Below, piece after piece: positions 21,878-31,220 of a stretch of 64,000 nt of DNA. Made by a program: the position numbers and the translations under genes. The notes below the pieces were generated by a model that searched no databases, was not told the DNA's origin, and worked only from the letters and a program-made list of their open reading frames with translations. Source of the stretch: Macrostomum lignano. Taxonomy: Eukaryota. Within the stretch, counting starts at the first letter, position 1. Each line of letters opens with the position of its first letter. The stretch covers positions 292,077 to 356,076 of the forward strand of contig NIVC01001113.1 of the NCBI GenBank assembly GCA_002269645.1, in the 5' to 3' direction.

Positions 21878-22279
21878 ATGACGACAAATAACTTTCTTGA
21901 AGATTTGGCTAACGAACTGGAAATCCATAACTTTAGAGGAATATTTATGAGGGACACTCTGCCTGATTTTCCTCTAAGAAAAGAATGCGGCATCATGAAC
22001 TTTGACACCACCGATAAGCCAGGATCTCATTGGGTTTGCTGGGTGATTGATCCCGATCGCAAGCACCAGTGTTATTACTTCGATAGCTATGGGACGGCAG
22101 TACCAGAAGAGCTAAGAAATTATATGAAGGGAAAAAATAATAAAAAAATTTATCGCTCAGACTTTATTCTCCAAGGTCTTAGCAGTGATATTTGCGGTGA
22201 GCTGTGCATGACTGTTTTGTATGCAATGACCAAAACACGAAAGCCCTACAAGGAAATTATTCTTGGCTGTGTTTCATAA
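21878..22279 (+). CDS. Adenain-like cysteine (maturation) protease, element B
   Basis: GIMNFD...GSHWV...YYFDSYG...LQ...DICGELC gives the H-D-C triad of adenovirus/Maverick proteases. Confidence 0.9.
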   Translation: MTTNNFLEDLANELEIHNFRGIFMRDTLPDFPLRKECGIMNFDTTDKPGSHWVCWVIDPDRKHQCYYFDSYGTAVPEELRNYMKGKNNKKIYRSDFILQGLSSDICGELCMTVLYAMTKTRKPYKEIILGCVS

Positions 22280-22379
22280 GGGTTCATTGTGCATTTCTCG
22301 TTGTCCTTCTTGCCGACTTTCTTTCCACATAATGTTGAAAAAATTTCTCGAGTTCATTTCTCAACTGACTCATGTCATC

Positions 22380-22982
22380 AGTACCGACCATGTTCAAGTT
22401 CATTCGAATTGATTGTTCATAAAGATCCTGAATGGTTTTGAACTCATCCTCTGAAATGAACTTATCCTCGATTGCCCTTGAAATTTACCCTATGATTGGA
22501 GTGTGCACCCCTTTCTCTTTTACTTGCTTCTCCTGTAACTGCTTTAGTTTTTTACGCCTGTTTCGCGCTAATGCTCCAGTAATTGCTGAAATAAGTCCAC
22601 ATGCAGCACCCACAGAGCCGAGTGGGATTGCGATTGGGGCTGTGATGACTGGCAACGTTGAGACAGCTGCAGCAGATCCAGATAGAACAGACACAGATCC
22701 TAGAATCATATTGCAGTAGTCGAAAAATTTACAGTGGCTGTTATAGCGCTTAATTTTCTTTGTGTTATGGAAAATATTTTTTTCAAGATCATCTCGCATT
22801 TTTTGAATCTCCACTAGTCGAAACTGCTGAGAGTTACAAGTAATTACGGGGTAGAGTTTTTGTTGCTCATATTGAGGTGCACTAGGTGCTGTGGGAGCTG
22901 TGGGAGCATTCGGTGCCATTGGGTTTGGTGCTGTCGGTATTTTAGGTTCAGACTGATCGTATAGAGAATTTTGTTGGGCCAT
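22380..22982 (-). pseudogene. Gasdermin-X-like hydrophobic-hairpin protein of alpha adintoviruses, frameshifted near 22490
   Basis: QQFRLVEIQ...KIKRY, a long GA-rich hydrophobic hairpin, then ISRAIEDKFISEDEF in the adjacent frame; family recalled from adintovirus descriptions. Confidence 0.6.
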
Positions 22983-23097
22983 TTTTTTCTCTAGAAAAAA
23001 TAAAAAATTACAAAACTATTCGGTTTGAAGATTTTTTCTTTTTGATAATTTCATCTGCGCCGCTGGTTGTCTGGGCGGCTCTCGTGACGCCATCGCG

Positions 23098-23898
23098 TCA
23101 CTCGGATCGCGAGTCCAGCAGGCAGCGGCTGGGCGGCTGACGTTTGAGAGCGTGCCGGATTACTCCGGCGGGGTCCAGAGCTCCACCGTCAGCTCGGACT
23201 CGATCTGCAGAAATGATCGGACGAGCAGCAGATTCTGCTTCATCAATAGCAATATCACGAAGATTGAGTGTTCTCTCCAGACGATCAAGCCTCCTTAGTA
23301 TTTTACCCCAGGAGCTATACATTCCGTTTAGATAGCTACTGTGTGATACATCCTTTCTCTCTAATGCTTCAAGTTTTTCTTTTATTCCGTCATGCAATGC
23401 TGTTGACTGAGTCATGAACTCTTCTAAATTCCTCACTTTACCTGTGTTGGTTGCGACGTTTTCTCAAATTCTATCATGCAATGCTGTTGACTGGTTCATG
23501 AACTCTTCTAAATTATTCACTTTAGCTGTGTTTGTGAAAACTCCTCCTTCAAGAATACGCATCCGTCTATGAGTGGAATTTCCCAGAAGATTAACTGATG
23601 ATCTCAAGACGTTGATTAGCGAGACTATCGAAGTTATTTCTGACCTTAGTTCATTAGTTGCGTTTAACAACGGCACATAAAGCTTATCACTTTCGAACTT
23701 CTGTCTAGCTACTTTAAGCCTGAGATCTTCTATGTTTATTTGCAACTGCTGCATGGAGCACTCTAATTGTTTCAGTCTGTTTTTATTCAGTTTGATCTCT
23801 GGGATCTCTTCATCAGTGTTGATGTAGCGCTTGTCAAGGAAGGAAGTTGTGAGAGTGCTGTTGCCTGTAGTTGACTCACCTGCAAAATTAATAGACAT
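23098..23898 (-). pseudogene. Coiled-coil (fibre-like?) protein split by one in-frame stop
   Basis: ORFs 23464-23898 and 23098-23436 are in the same frame; internal duplication NLEEFM(N/T)QSTALHD; heptad-like pattern. Confidence 0.5.
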
Positions 23899-23914
23899 TT
23901 TTTTAAATGAAAAA

Positions 23915-24715
23915 TTAAAGTAAACTTCTTTTCTCCTTATTAATCATGACAAACTGATAGGGTTGGTTCCACTTTTCATAGCATATGTTAACAAATTCCT
24001 CCTGCGATATTGTTCTGTTAGAGTTCTTAGCTGGATATGTAATGTGAGCTGGGGCAATGACCTCATTATAAAATCGTTTCAGTCGATCCTGTGGTATGGT
24101 TGGGAAAAGGAGAATCAAATTACAGTTACCTCTAATTGTTTTATTTGGCAGTTCAAACCAGTTTTGGGCAATGTAAATAACATTGCAATTATTATGTCTA
24201 CCCCGGGTGAAATAATTTTCTATCTGTTTCTGGGGACCGGTCATGCAGTCATCGAAGACAATCAGGTGCTTTCTCCCCTTTTCTAGTTCATCAGGTTGAG
24301 GTAAGAGTTTAGTTTTAGGATCTATCTGTGGATCTCCATAAGTGAAAACTTTAATGTTTTGCCATTTTTCATTGTCTGGGATGTGCTTTGCGTATTCGGT
24401 GGCTACAACTTCCGGGTTGCTGTTGAGGTCTTTTTGATGTCTAAAACATTGAATAATATCTTCCTTGTTGAGTTTGTTCTGTAGGCCCGCTACTAGCATT
24501 TTATACTCATCTTGATACAGAGTGGGTGAATAGATATGTAGTGTGTCATAATCGAGGAATCCAGGTCTGAGGAGCATGTTTAAAACTCTGAAGGTTTTCC
24601 CTGACCCAGATGAGCCAACAACAATGCATCGGAAGTGCCCTGGAATTATCTCGTTGTGAGCAAATTTTATCTGATTGCGTGTCCAGTGGGGATGAAAGTC
24701 GTTTGTGAAGTCCAT
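23915..24715 (-). CDS. A32/FtsK-like DNA packaging ATPase, element B
   Basis: VVGSSGSGKT Walker A, LIVFDD Walker B, FTRGRHNNCNVIYIAQ A32 motif. Confidence 0.93.
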   Translation of the reverse strand: MDFTNDFHPHWTRNQIKFAHNEIIPGHFRCIVVGSSGSGKTFRVLNMLLRPGFLDYDTLHIYSPTLYQDEYKMLVAGLQNKLNKEDIIQCFRHQKDLNSNPEVVATEYAKHIPDNEKWQNIKVFTYGDPQIDPKTKLLPQPDELEKGRKHLIVFDDCMTGPQKQIENYFTRGRHNNCNVIYIAQNWFELPNKTIRGNCNLILLFPTIPQDRLKRFYNEVIAPAHITYPAKNSNRTISQEEFVNICYEKWNQPYQFVMINKEKRSLL

Positions 24716-24954
24716 TTTTTATGTAAAAAACTTTTTCTTTTTAAACTTGTGTATTTAAGACGCGTGTGTCTTTTTTCGGGATGTGTATGTGTGTGTCTCT
24801 TTGCGGGATGTGTGTCTTTTTTGGGTTGTGTTTGTGTGTGTCTCTTTGCGGGATGTGTGTGTCTTTTTTGGGTTGTGTGTGTCTTTTTTCGACTAGTCCT
24901 ACATCCGACTAGTCCTACACCCTCACACCTCTTTTACCGTCAGGGTGCACCAAA

Positions 24955-26586
24955 TTAGTCAAATTTAAAACCGCCTCCTTTCTTATATTCAGCTCTCATC
25001 TTTGCGTAGATGGCTGGATCGACACTATCTGCACTCGGTGCAAGGGGTTGAGTATCTGGTATTGATTTCCGGGTTTCATGAACCGTATCTTTAATCTTTT
25101 TGGCTGCTGTGACTACACTGCCGGCCGCTTCGGCAACATTCTTGATGTTCTCTTTGTTCTCTCCAATGACCTTAAAAATCTTGGCCCCCTGAGCGATCAA
25201 ATCGGCAAGGCCATTCCCAGAGCGTTTTTTTCTTGGATAGTGGCCTGCAGGGAAAAGTCCAGATCCGCGTTTAATGAGATTAAGTTCCTCTTTGTCATAG
25301 TATTTGTCAATGTCTTTTTCGAAAATAAGTGGCATTTTTACTTGAAATAAATTATTTTTTATGAACCGCGAAAGCAGAAGCTCTCTCGCCCTCTTATCGA
25401 TGTATTTTCTCTCAAGCATTTTATTGATGATGTGAACGAACTCTTTTCTATTCTCATCTTTCATTCCGGTATTTGCTGCGCCAAGGAGATCAGCTAACCG
25501 CTTGTAGAATTCAGGCATGCCTTTTCCGGAAGAGCTTGGTGGTGATTCGAATGATTGGTCAGAGTAGGAACTGTCATGTGGCGCTTGTCTTTGTTGAGGT
25601 GTGAATACTCTGTCATTGATTCGCTTCATTCGTTCTGGGGAGAGCTGTTCTAATTGTCGCCATTCATCTGGGCGCTGGTTTCTGTACTGGGAAATCTCAT
25701 TTGGCCCTGCTTTTTCAAGCGCTTCTAGTACTTGTTCGGGTGTGATTTGTTGCTGTGACGGTGGAGGTTGTTGTGGTTGTGGTTGTGTTTGTGGTTGCTG
25801 CTGTTGTGGTTGTTGTAGTTGTTGTTTTGGATGCTGCTGTTGTGGTTGCTGCTGTTGTGGTTGCTGCTGTTGTGGTTGCTGCTGTTGTTGTCTTATGACC
25901 TCTTCTTGATCCGGCAAACCAAACCATTGTTTAAAGTATTCGTATTTTTTAAATTTGTTCAAGTCAATCCTGTTTTCATGTAAAACTTTCAAAACACCGT
26001 TGTTTTTGAGCATATCTATGTCCCTATCGAGAGCAAAGGTAACCAGATCTTTGTAATTTTTTAGCTGCTTCTCGGATCTTTTTTCCTCATTTTTAGTCAT
26101 GCAATCAAGTAAAGTTTGAGTGAACTGGATTCTTTTAGTTTTTGCGCCTTTATTGATTAAAATATTTTCCTTTGTCACTTCAATGTTGTAATCCGCCGGT
26201 TCCCCGGTAATATTTTTTCGCCAGGCGCTAATTCCAAAAATATTTTTTCCATCATCCATTACGGGGCCAAAAAAGTTATCCGTCACTTTCATCTGCACCG
26301 GTTGTGCCTCTGGTTGTCCTGGTTCCTGAGCCTGTGGTTGTCCTGGTGAAGATGGGATTTTACCCAATGTGTTTTGCAAGTGGCTCTCTTGAATATCATC
26401 AACTGCTTCCTTCACAGTGTCGAGGTTTTTCTTCGCTTCTGTGTATCCGGGTTTGTGAAATTCGGTGGCTGCTTGGACAAACTCATTGCAGGATTGTTGC
26501 TCCTTATTTATTAGCCCGGTAACTCGTTTCTCTGCTTGTGCTAGCTTTTCCAATTCAGATATCTGCTGTGTACTTTTTCGCTTCAT
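24955..26586 (-). CDS. 543-aa Maverick protein with polyQ/PQQQQ tract (possible core protein)
   Basis: Long uninterrupted ORF; FYKRLADLLGAANTG...EFVHIINKML resembles a conserved Maverick LxxRLxLLxAxxxAGN motif. Confidence 0.65.
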   Translation of the reverse strand: MKRKSTQQISELEKLAQAEKRVTGLINKEQQSCNEFVQAATEFHKPGYTEAKKNLDTVKEAVDDIQESHLQNTLGKIPSSPGQPQAQEPGQPEAQPVQMKVTDNFFGPVMDDGKNIFGISAWRKNITGEPADYNIEVTKENILINKGAKTKRIQFTQTLLDCMTKNEEKRSEKQLKNYKDLVTFALDRDIDMLKNNGVLKVLHENRIDLNKFKKYEYFKQWFGLPDQEEVIRQQQQQPQQQQPQQQQPQQQHPKQQLQQPQQQQPQTQPQPQQPPPSQQQITPEQVLEALEKAGPNEISQYRNQRPDEWRQLEQLSPERMKRINDRVFTPQQRQAPHDSSYSDQSFESPPSSSGKGMPEFYKRLADLLGAANTGMKDENRKEFVHIINKMLERKYIDKRARELLLSRFIKNNLFQVKMPLIFEKDIDKYYDKEELNLIKRGSGLFPAGHYPRKKRSGNGLADLIAQGAKIFKVIGENKENIKNVAEAAGSVVTAAKKIKDTVHETRKSIPDTQPLAPSADSVDPAIYAKMRAEYKKGGGFKFD

Positions 26587-26769
26587 TTCTTATTTTATTT
26601 TATTCTTAGTTAAAAAACTAGCAATCTATGCCCCCCGATGGGGGACATCTGGATAGAAGCCTTGTTCTTTACAAATAAAATAGCATTGTTCTTTACAAAT
26701 ACAGACAGCGAAATAAGGCCTTCAGAAAAAACAACAGACATTCCCTCTTAAAAACAAAACATCCCAAGA

Positions 26770-27290
26770 CAGCAAGCATCATCAGACAGCATTCAAGCAT
26801 CGATCCCCAAATAGCAAGCAGCCCCCAGACTGCAAGCATCCCCCAGATAGCAAGCATCCCCCGATAGCAAGCAACCCCAGATAGCAAGCATCCCCAGATA
26901 GCAAGCATTCCCCCAGACCCCAGATAGCAAGCATCCCCCAGATAGCAAGCATCCCGCAGGTAGCAAGCATCCCCCAGATAGCAAGCATCCCGCAGGTAGC
27001 AAGCATCCCCCAGATAGCAAGCATCCCCCAGATCGCAAGCATCCCCAGATAGCAAGCATTCCCCCAGACCCCAGATAGCAAGCATCCCCCAGAGAGCAGC
27101 ATCCCGCAGATAGCAAGCATCCCCCAGACAGCAAGCAACCCCTGATAGCAAGCATAACCTGGATACAAAGAGACCTTATAGATATCTAGCAACCCCCTCT
27201 CAGATAGCAAGTACTCTCCACGCCCAAGAGCAAGCATCCCCCTGATAGCAAGTATCCATCCTTAAATAGCAAGCATCCACCAGACAACAA
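26770..27290. repeat. Minisatellite, 19-20 bp unit GATAGCAAGCATCCCCCA
   Basis: More than 20 tandem units; the overlapping ORFs are repeat translations. Confidence 0.95.
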
Positions 27291-27339
27291 GTAGCTAGTT
27301 AAACAATTTCCTTAGCTTTATAATGGTTCCATTTTGTTT

Positions 27340-28375
27340 GGCATGAGACTTCTTTTATGTTTGAAATGGTGTCTCTTTTTTGTTAAAAAAGTGGCTCTTT
27401 AATGTTTGACATGGTAGCTCTTCTATGCTTGACATGGTAGCTCTTTTGTGTTTGACATGATAGCTCTTTAATGTTTGACGTGGTGGCTCTTTTGTGTTTG
27501 ACATGATAGCTCTTTAATGTTTAACATTGTGGCTCTTCTATGTTTGGCATGGTAGCTCTTTAATGTTGACATGGTGGCTCTTCTATGTTTGACATGGTAG
27601 CTCTTTAATGTTTGACATGGTGGCTCTTCTATGTTTGCCATGGCGGCCCTTTTACGTTTGAAATGGTGTCTCTGTTATGTTTGACATGGTGGCTTAGTTG
27701 TTTGACATGGTGGCTCTTCTATTTTTGACATGGTGGCTCTTCTATGTTTGACATGGCGGCCCTTTTACATTTGAAATTGTGTCTTTTTATATTGGGCATA
27801 ATGGTTCAATAATGTTTTGACATGGTAGCTCTTTTATGTTTGATATGGTGCCTCTGTTATGTCCGACATGGTGGCTCTTTTATGTTTGACATGGTGGCTC
27901 TTTTATGTTTGACATGGTGGTTCTTTAATGTTTGACATGGAGTTATATATATGTTTGACATGGTGGCTCTTTAATGTTCGACATGGAGTCATATATATGT
28001 TTGACATGGTGGCTCTTTAATGTTCGACATGGAGTCATATATATGTTTGACATGGTGGCTCTTTAATGTTCGACATGGAGTCATATATATGTTTGACATG
28101 GTGGCTCTTTAATGTTTGACTTGGTGGCTCTTTGATGTTTTGACATGTTGGCTCTTTAATGTTTGACATGGTGGCTCTTTTATGATTGACATGGTGGCTC
28201 TTTTATGTTTGAAATGGTGGCTCTTTTATGTTTGAAATGGTGGCTCTTTTATGATTTACATGGTGGCTCTTTTATGTTTGACATGGTGTCTCTTCTGTGT
28301 TAGACATGGTGGCACTTTTATGTTTGGCATGGTGGCTCTTTTATATTTGACATTGCGCTTCTTTTATGTTTAGCA
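27340..28375. repeat. Minisatellite, about 21-bp unit TGTTTGACATGGTGGCTCTTTTA
   Basis: About 1 kb of tandem units with higher-order variants (ggagtcatatatat). Confidence 0.95.
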
Positions 28376-28414
28376 TTTTGTGTTTTAAAGTGTTTTAATA
28401 AAAAAATTATTTTG

Positions 28415-28478
28415 CACTACTAAGATTCGAACCCAGGTCGCTACATTAGCAGTCCAGTCTGTTCGCATCTTGGCTATC
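28415..28478 (-). other. tRNA-derived SINE-head-like remnant
   Basis: Minus strand reads TAGCCAAGATG (A-box-like)...GGACTGCTAA (tRNA-Ser GCT loop-like)...GGGTTCGAATC (B box); no complete acceptor stem. Confidence 0.4.
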
Positions 28479-28739
28479 TTTTTTAAATTTGAGAACATGA
28501 ATTGTGGCCCTTATAATTCAATTCTTATAGCAAGTCAGTTAGAGTAAAAAGTTATGACATAATCAATTTCTCAGTCAGCCAGTATCAGTCTCAATTCAAG
28601 TTAGCAATAGCTATGGTTACGCTATTGCTTTCTGAGAGTGTTTTCTCTAGCATTCTTACAATGAATTTTAGGTCGAAAGAGCTGCTTGACCTTTGCAAAA
28701 AAGCAGGTTTTTCGAATATTTAATCCCTTTAAAATTGAG

Positions 28740-28975
28740 CAATTTCTTAGCCAAGATGCATGTACCGTCCCAGGAAAATTTCTGATCGAATGGTGCAAGT
28801 TTGAAGAAAATCGGTTGAGCCAATTTTTCTGAAATCTATCGCATACCTACCCACAGACAACTTATTTTTAGTATATAGGAAATGCAGAAAACCCCACGAA
28901 ATTCGGACCACGCAAAGTCTAGTTAAACGAAGGTTCCTATAGATAGATAAATAGGTAGGTAGGTAAATAGTTTTG
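28740..28975. mobile_element. Possible non-autonomous Helitron/DINE-like remnant
   Basis: aagtttgaagaaaatcggttgag...cagacaa and a tagg/gata microsatellite, typical of invertebrate DINE/HINE-like elements; weak. Confidence 0.3.
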
Positions 28976-28991
28976 ATTTTTAGTATATTGG

Positions 28992-30287
28992 ATGAACGAC
29001 CCACTGACACCAGTTTTCTACAAAATTAACAAGCCTATTTTGAGTGATGATAGCACAATCAAAGCGACTCAGGTAAGAGTTCCCAGTCAGGAAAATCAGA
29101 ATGAAACTAATTTGGGTCCAGGTCAAACGCTGACATTCACATACAACGGATGTTTGTCTTTGGTCAGTGTCCACAGTTTAAGGAGTGGCTTCTATATGAC
29201 GTTTCAATTCAAAACTAAAGGAGGCGCAGACGCCGCTCATGCTAATGATGATCTACACAATGCGGATGTCGCACTAACCAGTAATTTCTGGGCTTATATG
29301 TTCAAAGAGTTTAATGTGTCCAATGGAAGTACAGAGTTGGAAAGAATAGCAAACTTTAATGTGGTCTATGATACCCAGTGCTTGATTGAGAACCCGGATT
29401 TTATTCAGATGGGGAGCGGTGCTGGATTCATCCCCAATGAACAGACAGATGAGAATGACCCTGGTTACAAAAAGAGAAAGGAGAGATACAACTATGCTCT
29501 TGCTGGTGAGAACGATGCTGCTAAGAATCCGCTGTTTAGGTCTGTAGATATTTTTGTACCTTTGAGGTTTCTGAGTGGTTTCTGTAATAGTTTCAATCGG
29601 TTGACAAGCAACTTTAGCTACACATTTAGACTGACTAGAGATGATCGGAACAGAGGAATTTGGTCGGGGGCCAATCATACATCGATGGAGATTAAGCTAA
29701 CTAGCGTGGAGCTGTACTTAGAAATTATTGAGCCCAAGAGTGCACTCAACGCTGAATACTTGAAGGCGATTGAGAAAGACATTGATGTTGCTTATACAGC
29801 TTATATGTGCAGAGATGAGCGGAATGACGCAAGACACAATATTTGCATTAAAGAAGGCTCCTGTAGCAATCCAAGGTACATTATTGTCACTATGAGGAAT
29901 ACAACTAATGTAGGTAGATATCTACATGGAAACATTCGATCGATTCAACATGAGATCAGTGACAATTTATACCCTGCATTGCCACAAAATGGGAATTTCT
30001 CGGAGAACAAGATTAGTAAGTTTTACAATGAACTGTCAGACCTGGCTGTCAAAGAGCTGTCAAACGGTATTGTTTTGACAACCTTGCAGTTTAAAAAACT
30101 ATATCCAATATTTGGTGTTGATGTGACTGCTAGACAAATGCCTACAGACAATAGCCCTGTTAACATTGTGACTAATATCGAGCGGAAAGAATTTGGTGCC
30201 GCAACGGCTGTTGATCTGTTTATTATCTATGCATTTGAGAGGAAGATCAAGGTCAATATGATCAATAACTCGTCTAGTAAAGTTTAA
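28992..30287 (+). CDS. Major capsid protein (double jelly-roll, hexon-like), element B
   Basis: 431-aa intact ORF with PRYIIVTM and FKKLYPIFGVDVT motifs of Maverick MCPs; directly upstream of the penton gene. Confidence 0.8.
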   Translation: MNDPLTPVFYKINKPILSDDSTIKATQVRVPSQENQNETNLGPGQTLTFTYNGCLSLVSVHSLRSGFYMTFQFKTKGGADAAHANDDLHNADVALTSNFWAYMFKEFNVSNGSTELERIANFNVVYDTQCLIENPDFIQMGSGAGFIPNEQTDENDPGYKKRKERYNYALAGENDAAKNPLFRSVDIFVPLRFLSGFCNSFNRLTSNFSYTFRLTRDDRNRGIWSGANHTSMEIKLTSVELYLEIIEPKSALNAEYLKAIEKDIDVAYTAYMCRDERNDARHNICIKEGSCSNPRYIIVTMRNTTNVGRYLHGNIRSIQHEISDNLYPALPQNGNFSENKISKFYNELSDLAVKELSNGIVLTTLQFKKLYPIFGVDVTARQMPTDNSPVNIVTNIERKEFGAATAVDLFIIYAFERKIKVNMINNSSSKV

Positions 30288-30309
30288 ATAATTTTTTTTC
30301 AATAAAAAA

Positions 30310-30732
30310 ATGGAAGCCATAGCCGAAAGACTGAACAACATTGTTTCACACTCTAAGGAGAGCATTCCAATCACTGTAGCGGGTCGCATTACTGAGTCAA
30401 ACGGAATCTTCATTCAAAAATTGGAGCAACCACTTCGTTTGGATCCCGAGGCGAATTACCACGTCTATCTCAATGATTTCACTGGGTGGTCAAATGTTCC
30501 CAATGTGACAGCGGAAAATAACAAGTTTTATTACAAATGGAAGCGTACTACAACAGAGGTTGTGATATTTCCTGTCAGCACACAGAGCGTGGATACTTAT
30601 AATTACTTCTTAGAGAACGTCTTCACTAAACGAAAGCATTTTGAGATACCGGATGAAAGCAAACCAGAAAATAAACTGTTCCCTGTTAGATTAACTTATG
30701 ATCTAACTGTCATGAGAGTTGTCTCGATATAA
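30310..30732 (+). pseudogene. Minor capsid protein (penton), element B, truncated
   Basis: LEQPLRLDPEANYHVYL...NVPNVTAENNKFYY matches the penton PIxL...YxVxL...PNI...NNKF pattern; only 140 aa. Confidence 0.75.
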
Positions 30733-30786
30733 GCGTAAGAGTAAAATTACGATATAAGCCGCCAGGTACAACCTTGTAGTTGGCTA

Positions 30787-31101
30787 CTACAACTGTCTTA
30801 TAACTTCAGCAAAGTTATAGTAGCTGTCAAAATCGTTAATGACTACTCCATGTTTTTCAAACCAGTGAGATTTAAGTGCTTGATTAATATTAGGGACATT
30901 GATATCAACGTCGGGCCAATATTTTCTCATGTACTCGCTGCATTCAAGTTTGCATCGGTACTTGAATTTGTACAATGGATTAGGCTGAGTATAATAAGAA
31001 CCTGGAGAGACAACTGGAAACATTTTTAGAGAAAATTTAGATTTTTTCAAAGGGTAAGGACCCTGCGCTGATGATTTAAAGTCTTTGGGATCTGGTTTCA
31101 C
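30787..31101 (-). CDS. Hypothetical sub-terminal viral protein (104 aa)
   Basis: A degraded homolog lies at about 7870-8040 in fragment A. Confidence 0.5.
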   Translation of the reverse strand: MKPDPKDFKSSAQGPYPLKKSKFSLKMFPVVSPGSYYTQPNPLYKFKYRCKLECSEYMRKYWPDVDINVPNINQALKSHWFEKHGVVINDFDSYYNFAEVIRQL

Positions 31102-31184
31102 CGCTTCGGATTGAATGTGGGGAGAAGAATGCAGATTATTTTCTGATTGTTTTAGAGATGTTATGGGTGGATGTCAGTCTCAGT

Positions 31185-31220
31185 GAGCATAACAGGTGTC
31201 AGTGGACACCTGTTATGCTC
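31185..31220. other. Perfect hairpin (16-bp stem, 4-nt loop)
   Basis: gagcataacaggtgtc-agtg-gacacctgttatgctc, immediately inside the sub-terminal repeats of B. Confidence 0.9.

Noticed and set aside
26693-27237. Three overlapping ORFs rich in GDACYL/MLAIWG
   Set aside because: Translations of the 19-20 bp minisatellite.
28415-28478. Possible tRNA-Ser gene
   Set aside because: A/B boxes and an anticodon-like loop are present, but no pairing acceptor stem or full cloverleaf; kept only as a SINE-like remnant.
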